64,000 nucleotides of DNA, taken from NCBI GenBank assembly GCA_049840735.1, contig JASGJN010000022.1, positions 736,001 through 800,000 on the forward strand. Reading direction: 5' to 3'. This stretch comes from Anaeromyxobacter sp. (GTDB lineage: Bacteria; Myxococcota; Myxococcia; Myxococcales; Anaeromyxobacteraceae). The notes beneath the pieces were generated by a model. That model had not been told where the DNA came from and made no database searches. It was given only the letters and a program-made list of their open reading frames with translations. The position numbers were made by a program, and so were the translations under genes. Shown here one piece after another: positions 9,683 through 21,720 of this stretch (position 1 is the stretch's first letter; every line of letters begins with the position of its first letter).

Positions 9683-11446
9683 ATGAGGCCGAACGCGACC
9701 ACGCTCCCCTTCCTGCTGTTCACGCTGCTCGCCGCGCCGGTGAGCGCCGAGCCCCCCGCCGCGCAGCCCTCCAGCGCCGCGGCCGCCGTCGAGGCGCCCG
9801 CCGCCGGCGCAGCCGCGGATGCGTCCGCGGATCAGGCGGTCACGGCCGCGGCCATCCCCTCGGCCGAGGTGCCCCAGGCGCGCCCCGTGCCGTTCGAGGA
9901 CGAGGAGGCCCAGGAGGCCGACCTCGAGGCCGCGCTGGGCGACGCGCCCGAGGCGCCTGCGGTGGCGCTCGAGGTCGAGGTCGAGTCGGCCGAGCTGGAA
10001 GACCTGCGCAAGGCCGAGGAGGCCGCCCGCGTCCGCGAGGCGCCGACCCACCCGAGCACCAGCTCCACCGACGCGCTCGGGCTCGAGTCGCCCATCCGGG
10101 ATCGGGTGGACGGCGCCATGGGGCGTGAGGGCTCGCACGTGCAGGCCTCGGAAGGCGGCCGCATCGCGCTCCTGCCCGAGCTGGATCACGACCTGGCCAC
10201 GCTCCAGGCCGAGTACGACATCCCCATCGACGTGAACGAGCAGGTGGTGGCGTACATCCGGTTCTTCCAGTCGCCCGCCGCCCGCGCCCACTTCGTGAAG
10301 TGGCTGGGCCGCTCGCACCGCTACCTCGAGCGGTACCGCGCCATCATGAAGGAGTCCGGCGTCCCGGAGGACACGGTCTACCTGGCCATGATCGAGAGCG
10401 GCTTCGGCAACTTCGCCTACAGCCGCGCCAAGGCCTCCGGCCCCTGGCAGTTCATCGCCGCCACCGGCAAGCGCTACGGCCTGCACCAGGACTTCTGGGT
10501 GGACGAGCGGCGCGATCCCGAGCGCTCGGCCCGCGCCGCGGCCCGCTACCTCAAGCAGATGTACGGGCAGATCGGCGACTGGCGCCTGACCTGGGCGGCC
10601 TACAACGCCGGCGAGGGGCGGATCTACTCCGCCCGCCGCAAGGGCTACGATGACTTCTGGGACATGGCCGCCACCAAGGGGAAGAAGGTCCTGCACCCCG
10701 AGACCAAGGGCTACGTCCCGAAGCTCATGGCCGCCGCCATCATCTCCAAGCACCCCGAGGCCTTCGGCTTCAAGGCGGAGGAGATCCAGAAGCAGAGCTG
10801 GACCGAGTACGAGGAGATCGAGGTCCCCGGCGCCACGCTGCTGACCGTGCTGGCGCGCGCCGCCGGGCAGCAGGAGAGCGCGCTGGTCGATCTCAACCCC
10901 GAGCTGCGCCGCGCCTGCACGCCGCCGCGGCCGTACAAGGTCAAGATCCCCGCCGCCTCGGTCTCCGCCTTCAACGAGGCCTGGCCGTCGATGAAGGGCC
11001 AGGTCCGGATGACCTTCGCCGGCCACACCGTCCGGCGCGGCGACACGCTCTCCAAGGTGGCGGCCCTCTACGGCGTGCCGGTGCAGGGCATCATGGAGAT
11101 GAACGGCCTGCGCGCCGGCAAGAAGCTGAAGGTCGGGCAGGAGCTGCTGGTCCCCCGGCCGCTGGGGGCCCCCGCGGTGGTGGCCCGGGCCGAGCCGGCC
11201 CGCCGCGCCGAGCCCACCCCGGCGGTGCGGACGCGCCCGGCCACGCTGGCCTCGGTGCGCCGCCCCGAGCCGACCGCGTCGCGCACCGAGCGGATCAAGG
11301 TCCGCTCCGGCGACACGCTCTGGTCCATCTCGCAGCGCTACGGCCTGGAGCTGGACGACCTGTGCCGCCTCAACGGCATCAAGGATCCGCACCGCCACAA
11401 GCTGATGGCCGGCACGCGGCTCAAGGTGATCGACGAGCGGGGGTAG
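9683..11446 (+). CDS. mltD: Lytic murein transglycosylase with LysM domains (MltD-like)
   Basis: Signal peptide; MIESGF, ASGPWQF, AAYNAGEG, ETKGYVPK; LysM repeats HTVRRGDTL and VRSGDTLWSI. Confidence 0.88.
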   Translation: MRPNATTLPFLLFTLLAAPVSAEPPAAQPSSAAAAVEAPAAGAAADASADQAVTAAAIPSAEVPQARPVPFEDEEAQEADLEAALGDAPEAPAVALEVEVESAELEDLRKAEEAARVREAPTHPSTSSTDALGLESPIRDRVDGAMGREGSHVQASEGGRIALLPELDHDLATLQAEYDIPIDVNEQVVAYIRFFQSPAARAHFVKWLGRSHRYLERYRAIMKESGVPEDTVYLAMIESGFGNFAYSRAKASGPWQFIAATGKRYGLHQDFWVDERRDPERSARAAARYLKQMYGQIGDWRLTWAAYNAGEGRIYSARRKGYDDFWDMAATKGKKVLHPETKGYVPKLMAAAIISKHPEAFGFKAEEIQKQSWTEYEEIEVPGATLLTVLARAAGQQESALVDLNPELRRACTPPRPYKVKIPAASVSAFNEAWPSMKGQVRMTFAGHTVRRGDTLSKVAALYGVPVQGIMEMNGLRAGKKLKVGQELLVPRPLGAPAVVARAEPARRAEPTPAVRTRPATLASVRRPEPTASRTERIKVRSGDTLWSISQRYGLELDDLCRLNGIKDPHRHKLMAGTRLKVIDERG

Positions 11447-11485
11447 GCGCCGGGCTGGCCTCAGCTGGCCAGCGCCTGTGCCCTG

Positions 11486-11537
11486 CCCTTCGACTCCGCC
11501 GCCGCCCTTCGGCGGCGGCTACGCTCAGGGCGACCGG
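11486..11537. repeat. REP-like palindromic element between convergent genes
   Basis: CCCTTCGACT...GCCGCCGCCCTTCGGCGGCGGC...TACGCTCAGGGCGACCGG with internal hairpin. Confidence 0.55.
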
Positions 11538-11564
11538 ATCCGGGGAGCCGCTCAACCGGCGCCG

Positions 11565-12851
11565 CTAACCCAACGTCCGCGCCGGCTCCACGCGCGCCGC
11601 CGCGGCGGCCGGGGCGAGCGCGCCCAGCGTGGCGGCCAGCGCCGGCACGGCCAGCCCGAGCAGCGGCAGCCAGGCCGGGAAGGCGAAGAAGCTCTCCGGG
11701 CGGAACGGGAAGTCGGGCAGGAGCCGCAGCGCCAGGCGATCGGCCAGCGCGGCCAGGCCGCAGGCCAGGAGCGTCCCGGCCACGCCGCCGGCGAGCCCCA
11801 GCGCCGCCCCCTCCGCCAGCACCACCCGGCGCACGTCGGCCGGCGCGGCCCCCACCGCCTGCAGCACGGCGATCTCGCGCGCCTGCCCGCGCACGCTGGC
11901 CGAGAGCGACTGGGCGATGGCCAGCGCCGCCAGCGCGCACATCACGACGGCCAGGAAGGCCAGCGCGCCGGCGGTGACGGCCACCACCGCGCCCACCCGC
12001 TCGGCGGCGGCGCGCTCGCCCTCCTCGATGGAGAACCCCATGCGCCGCACCGCCGCCGCCAGGCGCGGCACGTCGTCCGGGCGGGCCGCCAAGAGCGTCA
12101 CCTGGGTGAAGCCGGCGGCGGGCTTGCCGTAGGCCCGGTGCAGCCGCTGGACGGTGTCGAGCGGCATGGCCAGGAAGTAGATGGGCACGCGGTCGGAGAG
12201 GCCCGCCAGCCGGAGCCGGGCCTGCTCCACCCGCGGCTCCATCTTGCCGGGCACGATGGAGAAGCCGACCCGCACCGGCAGCTCCAGCCCGACCAGCGTC
12301 ACGCCCGGCGGGATGCGGCGCATGCCCCAGGCCGGCGCGATGGTCTTGTCGTAGACCTCGACCAGGCGCGGCGAGAGGAGCACCGGGATGGTGCCGTCCG
12401 GTCCCGGATCGCGGAAGGCCTGGCCCGGCGCGAGGTCGCGCTCCACCAGCCCCGGGGCCAGCCCCACCACCGGGAGCTGGAGCGTCATCCCCGGCGGCCA
12501 GCTGTCGGCCATGCCGCGCGGCGGCTCGGGCGCGGCCACCGGCACCTGGAGCGTCAGGCGCGGCCAGGCCGCCTCCACGCCCGGCAGCGCCGCGAGGCGC
12601 GCCACCGCGTCGTCGTCCAGGCGGCCGCCGCCCAGCAGCCCGCCCAGCGACACCGTGCCGGGGACCACCTCCACCAGCCGGGCGTCGGCCGGGAACATGG
12701 CCCGGGCCGCCCGCCCCACCCCGATCCCCAGCGCCAGGAAGAAGACCAGCGCAGCGGCGCCGGTGCAGGCCGCGGCCGCGTCGACCAGCGCGCGGCGGCG
12801 GTCGGCCCGCAGCCGCGTCCGCACCAGCCAGGCCAGCCCGCGCAGCGTCAC
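11565..12851 (-). CDS. ABC transporter permease (FtsX/MacB-like)
   Basis: N-terminal TM, periplasmic domain, REIAVLQAVGA...VLAEG, C-terminal PAAAAARVEPARTL. Confidence 0.85.
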   Translation of the reverse strand: MTLRGLAWLVRTRLRADRRRALVDAAAACTGAAALVFFLALGIGVGRAARAMFPADARLVEVVPGTVSLGGLLGGGRLDDDAVARLAALPGVEAAWPRLTLQVPVAAPEPPRGMADSWPPGMTLQLPVVGLAPGLVERDLAPGQAFRDPGPDGTIPVLLSPRLVEVYDKTIAPAWGMRRIPPGVTLVGLELPVRVGFSIVPGKMEPRVEQARLRLAGLSDRVPIYFLAMPLDTVQRLHRAYGKPAAGFTQVTLLAARPDDVPRLAAAVRRMGFSIEEGERAAAERVGAVVAVTAGALAFLAVVMCALAALAIAQSLSASVRGQAREIAVLQAVGAAPADVRRVVLAEGAALGLAGGVAGTLLACGLAALADRLALRLLPDFPFRPESFFAFPAWLPLLGLAVPALAATLGALAPAAAAARVEPARTLG

Positions 12852-13534
12852 GGCCGCACCTCGGCGGCGGACACGAGCCGCCCCTCGCGCAGGTGGAGCA
12901 CCCGGCTGGCGGCGCGCGAGACCCGCTCCTCGTGCGTCACCACCAGCACCGCCAGCCCGTCCGCCGCCAGCTGCCCCAGCAGCGCGATCACCGCCGCGCC
13001 GCTGACCGCGTCGAGGTTCCCGGTGGGCTCGTCGGCCAGCAGCACCCGCGGCCGCCCCACCAGCGCCCGCGCCAGCGCCACCCGCTGCCGCTCGCCGCCG
13101 GAGAGCCGGGCCGGCGGGGCCGCGGCGCGGTCCGCCAGCCCCACCCGCTCCAGCGCCTCCTGCGCGCGGGCCCGCACCGCCGCGGTCGCGCCGCCGCCGT
13201 CCCGGAGCATGCCCGGGAGCATCACGTTCTCCAGCGCGGAGAGGGCAGGGAGCAGGTTGAAGGCCTGGAAGACGAAGCCGATGGCCTCGTTCCGCAGCCG
13301 GGCCCGCCGGGCCGGGTCGAGCCCGGCCAGCCGCGCGCCGGCCACCTCCGCCTCGCCCTCGAACTCGGCGTCCAGCGCGCCGGCCACGTGGAGCAGGGTG
13401 GACTTGCCCGAGCCGCTCGGCCCCACGATGGCCACCTGCTCGCCCGCGGCCACGTCCAGGTCCACGCCGCGCAGCACCGGCACGGCCGCGCCGGCGTCGC
13501 GGAAGGCCTTGGTGATGGCGCGCAGCCGGATCAC
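12848..13534 (-). CDS. ABC transporter ATP-binding protein (LolD/MacB-like)
   Basis: GPSGSGKS, LSGGERQRV, LLADEPTGNLD, VTHE. Confidence 0.93.
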   Translation of the reverse strand: MIRLRAITKAFRDAGAAVPVLRGVDLDVAAGEQVAIVGPSGSGKSTLLHVAGALDAEFEGEAEVAGARLAGLDPARRARLRNEAIGFVFQAFNLLPALSALENVMLPGMLRDGGGATAAVRARAQEALERVGLADRAAAPPARLSGGERQRVALARALVGRPRVLLADEPTGNLDAVSGAAVIALLGQLAADGLAVLVVTHEERVSRAASRVLHLREGRLVSAAEVRP

Positions 13535-15111
13535 CTCCCCCTCCTCGCCGCGCCGCGGCTCGATCTCGACGTCCACCACCAGCGCCTCGCCGGCGAGCGC
13601 CAGCCGCACCGAGGCGGCGGACAGGCGCGAGGCGGGATTCGAGGAAGCGGTCCACCACCGAGCGGACCACGAAGCCGGAGGGGCCGCCGCCGAAGGCCTC
13701 GTCCGGCAGCGCCCGCACCGAGGCCACCAGCCGGCCCGGGTCCAGCACCGCCCCGCCCAGCCCGCCGTCCAGCGCCGCCGCGGCGCGGTCGGTGGGCGGC
13801 TCGAACCCGGCGCCCCCGCCGTCGAGCCGGGTCTCGAGCCGCTCCAGCGCGCCGGGCGGGCCGCCGGCCAGCGCCAGCCGCGTGCCGGCGATGGCCCAGG
13901 CCACCTCGCCGGAGGGGAGCACCACCCGGCCCCGGCCCCGGCCGCGGTCCGCGCCCGCCGAGAGCCGCGCCAGCGCCGCGCCCAGCCGCTCCGGGTCGCG
14001 CAGCTCGGCCACCGCCTCGAAGCGGACCACCCGCAGCGGATCGCGCCGCAGCTCGTCGCCGGGGGCGGAGAGGTCGAGCACCGGCGAGAGCGAGACCACC
14101 GCCGCGCCCCCCGCCCCCAGCGCCGGCAGCAGGTCGCGCTCGGGATCGACGCCGGCCCCGGTCAGCCAGGCGCGCTCGCCGGGCGAGAGCAGCGGCAGGA
14201 GCCGCGCCCCCAGCGCGCCCAGGTCCCCGTCCCAGCGCAGCCCCAGCGGCGACGCCGGCTCCAGGTGCGCCAGCGCCCGGGCGCTGCGGCCGCGCCCCTC
14301 CAGCGCGCGGACGCTGGCCAGCCGCGCCCCCAGCAGCACCGCCGCGCCCAGCTGCACCGCGCCGTCGCTGGCGGAGGCCCCGACGGCCAGCCCGTCGCGC
14401 GCCCAGGGCCAGCCCGCCAGCTGCGGCGCGCCCGGCGTGGCCACGAGCACCGCGGCGTAGCGATCCTGCAGGGCCTGGCGCGCCGCGCGCCAGGCCGGCG
14501 AGGCCGCCAGCTGCTCCGCCTCGGGGCGCGCCAGCGCCGCGGCCAGCGCCGGCGGCCCCTCCGGCCCGGCCGCCAGCAGCGCCACGCGGTCCGAGGCGGT
14601 GAGCGCCCAGGCCAGCGCCGGCGGGGCGCCGGGGGCGGCGCGCAGCACCGCGATGCGCTGCGCGCCGACCAGCTCCACTCCGTGCACCGGCGCGCCCAGC
14701 CGGTCGCGGGACAGCCGGGCCAGCAGCGCCTCCAGCTTGCCCGCGTCGCCGACCGGCAGCACCAGCACCGGTGCGCCCTTGCCGCCCAGCCCGCCCACGC
14801 CCAGGCCGCGGTCCGGGTCCAGGCCGGCCTCCTCGAGCGCGTCGGGATCGAGCGGGTCGAAGCCCAGCTGCGCGGCCAGGCTGCCGCGCAGCGCCACCAG
14901 GTCGGCGGTGCCGGGGAAGCGCGAGACGGCGGCGTGGAGCGCATCGAGCTCGCGCGCGGCGCGGCCGGTTCTCGGCCACCACCAGCGAGAGCCCGGGGCC
15001 GCCGGCCAGGTAGCGCTCCGGCGCGGGCGCGGCGCCAGGGCCGTGGCAGGTGCAGCCCGCGCCGAGGGCGGCGAGCAGGGCGAGCACGGCCGGCTGGGCC
15101 TGCCGGGGCAT
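13531..15111 (-). CDS. Hypothetical lipoprotein; apparent frameshifts near 14970, 13638 and probably 13540
   Basis: Lipobox-like LLAALGAGC; coding signal continues across three frames; first gene of ABC operon. Confidence 0.6.
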   Translation of the reverse strand: MPRQAQPAVLALLAALGAGCTCHGPGAAPAPERYLAGGPGLSLVVAENRPRRARARCAPRRRLALPRHRRPGGAARQPGRAAGLRPARSRRARGGRPGPGPRPGRGRAGRQGRTGAGAAGRRRGQAGGAAGPAVPRPAGRAGARSGAGRRAAHRGAARRPRRPAGAGLGAHRLGPRGAAGGRAGGAAGAGRGAGAPRGGAAGGLAGLARGAPGPAGSLRRGARGHAGRAAAGGLALGARRAGRRGLRQRRRGAAGRGGAAGGAAGQRPRAGGARPQRPGAGAPGAGVAAGAALGRGPGRAGGAAPAAALARRARLADRGRRRSRARPAAGAGGGGRGGGLALAGARPLRPRRRAAARSAAGGPLRGGGRAARPGAAGRGAGAALGGRGPRPGPGPGGAPLRRGGLGHRRHAAGAGRRPARRAGAARDPARRRGRRVRAAHRPRRGGAGRRAGRGGAGPGPAGGLGAGAAGRGLRRRPLRLRGPLGGGPLPRIPPRACPPPRCGWRSPARRWWWTSRSSRGAARRGR

Positions 15112-15216
15112 GGCGGTGTCTTAGCATGCCCGTGTGCGCCTGTGTCACGGGGGGTGGGGGAGGAGGGCCCCTGCCGCGAGCGGAGCCCGGGCCGGCCGTG
15201 ATAGAGAGCGGCCCGG

Positions 15217-15822
15217 ATGATCTTCTCGACCGAGGACGAGGCGCCCGTCGCGCGCGACATGTTCCCGGACTGGTCCGCCCGGTTCGGGCCGGCCGCCGCG
15301 GCCCTGGAGCTGGAGATCGGCTGCGGCCACGGCGGCTTCGCCCTGGCCTTCGCGCGCCAGTTCCCGGAGCGGGCCCTGGTCGGCATCGAGCAGCGGAAGA
15401 AGTTCGCGGCCGACCTCGCGCAGAAGGCCGAGGCGCGCCAGCTCCCGAACCTGCTCGTCCTCTGCGGCGACGCGCGGCTGCTGGCGCCCCGGCTCTTCGC
15501 CGCCGGGAGCCTGGCCGCCGTCCACGTCCACTTCCCCGATCCGTGGTGGAAGCGGCGCCACCACCGCCGACGGCTGGTGGACGACCGGATGTCGTCGCTG
15601 CTGCTGGGGCTCCTGCGCCCGGGCGGCCTGCTCGACTTCCGCACCGACGTGGAGGACTACGCGCTGGGCGCGGTGGTGCGGCTGGAGGAGGCGGGCTTCC
15701 TGAACGAGGCCGGCGCCGGCCGGTTCGCGGCGGCGCCGCCGGACGAGATCCCTTCCACGCGCGAGAAGCGCTACCTCGCCTCCGGCGAGCCGGTCTGGCG
15801 GCTGCGCCTGCGCAAGCGCTGA
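15217..15822 (+). CDS. trmB: tRNA (guanine-N7)-methyltransferase
   Basis: LEIGCGHG, HFPDPWWKRRHHRRR, FRTDVEDY, STREKRY. Confidence 0.92.
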   Translation: MIFSTEDEAPVARDMFPDWSARFGPAAAALELEIGCGHGGFALAFARQFPERALVGIEQRKKFAADLAQKAEARQLPNLLVLCGDARLLAPRLFAAGSLAAVHVHFPDPWWKRRHHRRRLVDDRMSSLLLGLLRPGGLLDFRTDVEDYALGAVVRLEEAGFLNEAGAGRFAAAPPDEIPSTREKRYLASGEPVWRLRLRKR

Positions 15823-15884
15823 GGCGCGCGCGCCGCGAGCGGCCCCGCCCGGCCGGCGGCCAGGCGGGGCGCCGCGTACGCCCG

Positions 15885-16350
15885 CTACATGCCGCCGCCG
15901 CCGCCCGAGCCGCCGGTGCTGCCCGAGTCGGTGCCGGAGCCCGTGCCGCCCGACTCGATCCGGGCTGGTGGTTCCGGTGCCCGAGTCCGGCGTCATGGTG
16001 CCGGTGCTGTCGGTGCCGGTCGACGAGCTGGTGTCGGTCGACGAGGAGCCGGTGCCGCCGGCGTCGGTGCCCGTCCCGGAGCTGCTGCCGGTGTCGCTCG
16101 CGGTGGTCCCGGTGCTGTCATTGCCCGAGCTGGTGCCCGAGCCGGTGGTGTTGGTGGTGGTGTCGGTGCTCTGGCCGGCCCCGGTGCTGCCGGTGCCGGT
16201 GGTGGACGAGGCGTCGTTGCCGGAGCCGCTGCTGCTGGTGGTGTCGGTGGAGCTGCTCCCGGTCGAGCTCGAGCCCGTGCCGCTCGCGGTCTTGCAGGCG
16301 GCGCCGCCGAGCAGGAGCACGGCGGCGGCCACTGCGATGAGTCTCTTCAT
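15885..16350 (-). CDS. Ser/Thr/Gly-rich low-complexity lipoprotein; frameshift near 15960
   Basis: MKRLIAVAAAVLLLGGAAC lipobox, GGAGG upstream, mature part almost entirely S/T/G/D. Confidence 0.75.
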
Positions 16351-16476
16351 GATTCGGTTCCCCTCCCTGTCCGCCAAAGCTGGGCGTGCGCTCTCCCGGC
16401 GGCGAGCCCCGCCGGAAGCTCCGGCCGCGCAGGCAGGCGGCGGGCAGGAGGGCGGGAGAGGGGAGGTGGACGGCTG

Positions 16477-16824
16477 CTACTCGCGGGGAGGCGCGAGCCC
16501 GGCCAGCCCGGCGACCGCCCCGCTGACGGCCAGCGCGGCGCCGGTCAGCGTGACCCCGGCGACCAGCCAGGGGAGCGCCGCGCCCGGCCCGCCCGCGCCG
16601 GTCAGCAGCGCCGCCAGCCCGCGGGTGAGGCCGGCCGCGTGGCCGTGGAGCAGGGCGGCGCCGGTCAGCGCCGAGGCCGCGCCGCTCACGCCCAGGACCC
16701 AGCCGCGGAGCGCGGTCCGCCGCGGGGGGAGGCGCTCCATCACCGAGGCGGTGAAGCCGTCGTCGTCGAGGTAGGGGGCGCGCGCCAGCGCGTCCAGCGG
16801 GTCCTGCGGCTCGGGAGCGGTCAT
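16477..16824 (-). CDS. Putative membrane anti-sigma factor
   Basis: DDDGFTASVMERLP followed by two TM segments; ATGA overlap with ECF sigma. Confidence 0.65.
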   Translation of the reverse strand: MTAPEPQDPLDALARAPYLDDDGFTASVMERLPPRRTALRGWVLGVSGAASALTGAALLHGHAAGLTRGLAALLTGAGGPGAALPWLVAGVTLTGAALAVSGAVAGLAGLAPPRE

Positions 16825-17342
16825 GACGCCTCCGCGGGTGAGAGGTGGCGGCGCAGCTTCTCCTTGCCGCGCAGCACGTGGGTCTTGAGCGTGCCCAGCG
16901 GGACGCCCAGCACGGCGGCCGCCTCCTCGTGCGAGAGCTCCTGCCCGTACGCCAGCGCCAGCGCGGCGCGCTCCTCGTCGCGCAGCACCGCGAAGGCGCG
17001 CAGCAGGTCCACCCGGTCGCCGGCCCGGTCCGGCGCCGGAGGCGGCTCGGGGGGCGGCGGCTCGGGGACCGGGTGGCGGCGGGCGTCGGAGAGGAACTGG
17101 TTCCAGGCGATGCGATGGAGCCAGGTGGCCAGGCGGGACTGGCCGCGGAAGGTGGAGAGCCGGCGGTAGGCGACGAGGAAGGTCTCCTGCGCCAGGTCGT
17201 CCGCCCGCGCCGCGTCGCCCGCGCAGAGCCGGCGCAGCAGCGTGCGGATCACGGCCTGGTGCCGGCGCACCAGCTCCGCGTAGGCCCGGCGGTCGTCCGA
17301 GGCCAGGACGCGGGCCACCAGCGCTTCGTCGCCCGCGCTCAT
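16821..17342 (-). CDS. ECF-type sigma-70 factor
   Basis: ADDLAQETFL, TWLHRIAWN, LSHEEAAAVLGVPLGTLKTHVLRG. Confidence 0.92.
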   Translation of the reverse strand: MSAGDEALVARVLASDDRRAYAELVRRHQAVIRTLLRRLCAGDAARADDLAQETFLVAYRRLSTFRGQSRLATWLHRIAWNQFLSDARRHPVPEPPPPEPPPAPDRAGDRVDLLRAFAVLRDEERAALALAYGQELSHEEAAAVLGVPLGTLKTHVLRGKEKLRRHLSPAEAS

Positions 17343-17809
17343 CCCTGGCCGGTGGAGGCGTCGACGCCGCCGCGGGGCTCGCCGCGGCCGATCAGGGTCC
17401 AGGTCAGCAGGTAGCCGCACCCCAGCAGCGCAGGCACCACGCCCACGCTCCAGGGGCCGTCCAGCTGCCAGCCGGAGAGCCCGCCCAGGCAGATGGCGAG
17501 CCCGATCCCGACCGCCAGCAGGTTCAGGCCCAGGCGCAGGTCGCGGTGGGCGCGCGGCTCGCGGCGGGGCGAGTCGAGCAGCCCGGGCGGCAGCGGCTGC
17601 CCCTTCTCCAGCGCCAGCCGGATGGTCTCGTGGCGCAGCACCCGGGCGCGGTGGCCGGCATAGAGCACCAGCCCGATGATGGCCACGGCCGAGAAGAAGA
17701 CCGTGGCGGTGGCCAGCACGGCGGTGACCCCCTCGGCCAGATCGTCGGCCAGGGCCGGGGCCGGGAGCGCGAGCACGAGGGCGGGGAGGACGCGGCAGGG
17801 GGCGATCAT
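17339..17809 (-). CDS. Membrane protein (DUF6249-like)
   Basis: HETIRLALEKGQPLP...DLRLGL motif, three TM segments, ATGA overlap with sigma. Confidence 0.7.
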   Translation of the reverse strand: MIAPCRVLPALVLALPAPALADDLAEGVTAVLATATVFFSAVAIIGLVLYAGHRARVLRHETIRLALEKGQPLPPGLLDSPRREPRAHRDLRLGLNLLAVGIGLAICLGGLSGWQLDGPWSVGVVPALLGCGYLLTWTLIGRGEPRGGVDASTGQG

Positions 17810-17845
17810 CGGGGCTCCGGGGGCGGGTGGACAGCTTCTCATCCC

Positions 17846-17876
17846 TTGGACGCGGCGCGCGGCCGATCCGGATTCA
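17846..17876 (-). promoter_or_regulatory. Putative ECF autoregulatory promoter
   Basis: Minus strand TGAATCC-N17-CGTCCAA upstream of the ECF operon. Confidence 0.4.
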
Positions 17877-17958
17877 CCCCGGCCCGGATTCCCCTCCGGG
17901 GCGTGGCTCCGGCAACACCGGCGCGCGCGCCGGGGCGTCCGCGGGTAGACTCCGCCCC

Positions 17959-18363
17959 ATGCGCCGCTCCACCGCCTGTGCCCTCCTCGCGCTCTCGCTC
18001 GCCGCCTGCCGCCCGCCGGAGACCCCCGCCGACGCCTACCGCCGCTTCGCGGCCGCGCTGCACAGCCCGCGTCCGGACGTGGTGCAGAGCGCCTGGGACA
18101 TGCTCTCGGCCGGCTCGCGCCAGGCGCTGGACGCGCGGGCCAGGAGGCTGGCCGAGGGCGCGCCCGGCGTGGTCTCGCCCAGCGGGCGGGACCTGCTGCC
18201 GGGGGCGGTCTCGCGCACCGCACCGCGCGTGAAGTCGGTGACGGTGAAGCAGGAGTCGGCCACCGCCGCGGTGGTGGCGGTGGAGGACGAGGGCGGCGGG
18301 CGCGGAGAGGTGCAGCTGGTGCGCGAGGGCGAGGCCTGGAAGGTGGTCCTGCCGCTGCGGTGA
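17959..18363 (+). CDS. Hypothetical lipoprotein (NTF2-like/DUF4878-like)
   Basis: Lipobox LSLAAC; C-terminal VQLVREGEAWKV. Confidence 0.7.
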   Translation: MRRSTACALLALSLAACRPPETPADAYRRFAAALHSPRPDVVQSAWDMLSAGSRQALDARARRLAEGAPGVVSPSGRDLLPGAVSRTAPRVKSVTVKQESATAAVVAVEDEGGGRGEVQLVREGEAWKVVLPLR

Positions 18364-18491
18364 GCGGCCGGGAGGGACGGGCCGGACCCGCCCGGGCGGA
18401 CCGGCCCTGGGCGCCCCCGCGCGGCCGGGCCGGGAGGGGCTCCCGCGGGGGTGGATCCGGGCGCAAACGTCTGTTATTCAAGCGGTCCCTC

Positions 18492-21176
<2,685 letters not shown>

Positions 21177-21203
21177 GCGGGGCAGGCAGCGCCGTTCGAG
21201 AAG

Positions 21204-21258
21204 GTGCGGGGGTGGGTCCCCGGCGGCTCCGCCGGCGGGGCGGAGGCGCAGCCCCCGT
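21204..21258 (+). repeat. Dispersed intergenic repeat, copy A
   Basis: GCGGGGGTGGGTCCCCGGCGGCTCCGCCGGCGGGGCGGAGGCGCAGCCCCCG; close match to the reverse complement of 31567-31619. Confidence 0.8.
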
Positions 21259-21314
21259 GTCAAGGCCTGCGGGGCGTTGACCCCCGGCGGCGGCGGTGCC
21301 TACCATCGTCGCCG

Positions 21315-21696
21315 ATGCCCCCTCCCGCCCCTCGTCCGCGCCTCCGCGCTGCCGCCACCGCCGTGGTGGACCTGGCGCGCGCGCGCGAGTCGCGGCGGCT
21401 GCGCGAGTTCCAGGCGCGCTGCCGCGGCGTGGACGAGGTGAACCGCAAGGCGCTGGCCCGCCTCTTCGAGAACCGGCCACATCTACACGCGCCAGGGGGC
21501 GCGGCTGGGGCGCGAGCTCCTGCTGGCGCACCAGCACCTGCTCCGCGTCTCCGACCTGCTGGCCCGCATCGGCGAGCTGCCGGCGGCCGCCCCCCAGGGC
21601 GACGCCGCCGCGCTCTACGACGAGGCGCAGGCGCTGCTGGCCCGCACCACCGAGCTGACCGCCCGCTGCGGCGCGATGCTGGCGCACGAGCGGTAG
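21315..21696 (+). CDS. Hypothetical helical protein; frameshift at ~21471
   Basis: Removing one A gives ...LARLFETGHIYTRQGARLGRELLLAHQHLL...AHER*; TTGACC-N18-TACCAT upstream. Confidence 0.65.
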
Positions 21697-21720
21697 GGTC
21701 CTCCCCGCGCGGAGGCAGAC

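Noticed and set aside
12848..15111. Apparent lipoprotein-ABC ATPase fusion after frameshift correction
   Set aside because: Topologically implausible. Removing one G from the run near 13540 restores a GTGA stop/start overlap.
15885..16290. Repetitive DNA resembling an array
   Set aside because: Explained by low-complexity S/T/G codons. There is no repeat-spacer structure, and no CRISPR array or cas gene was seen in the window.
11478..16340. Very long ORFs in the track (e.g. 1620 aa at 11478..16340 and many antisense ORFs across alaS and dcw)
   Set aside because: Shadow frames typical of high-GC DNA. They are Arg/Pro/Gly-rich, lack motifs and overlap well-supported genes.
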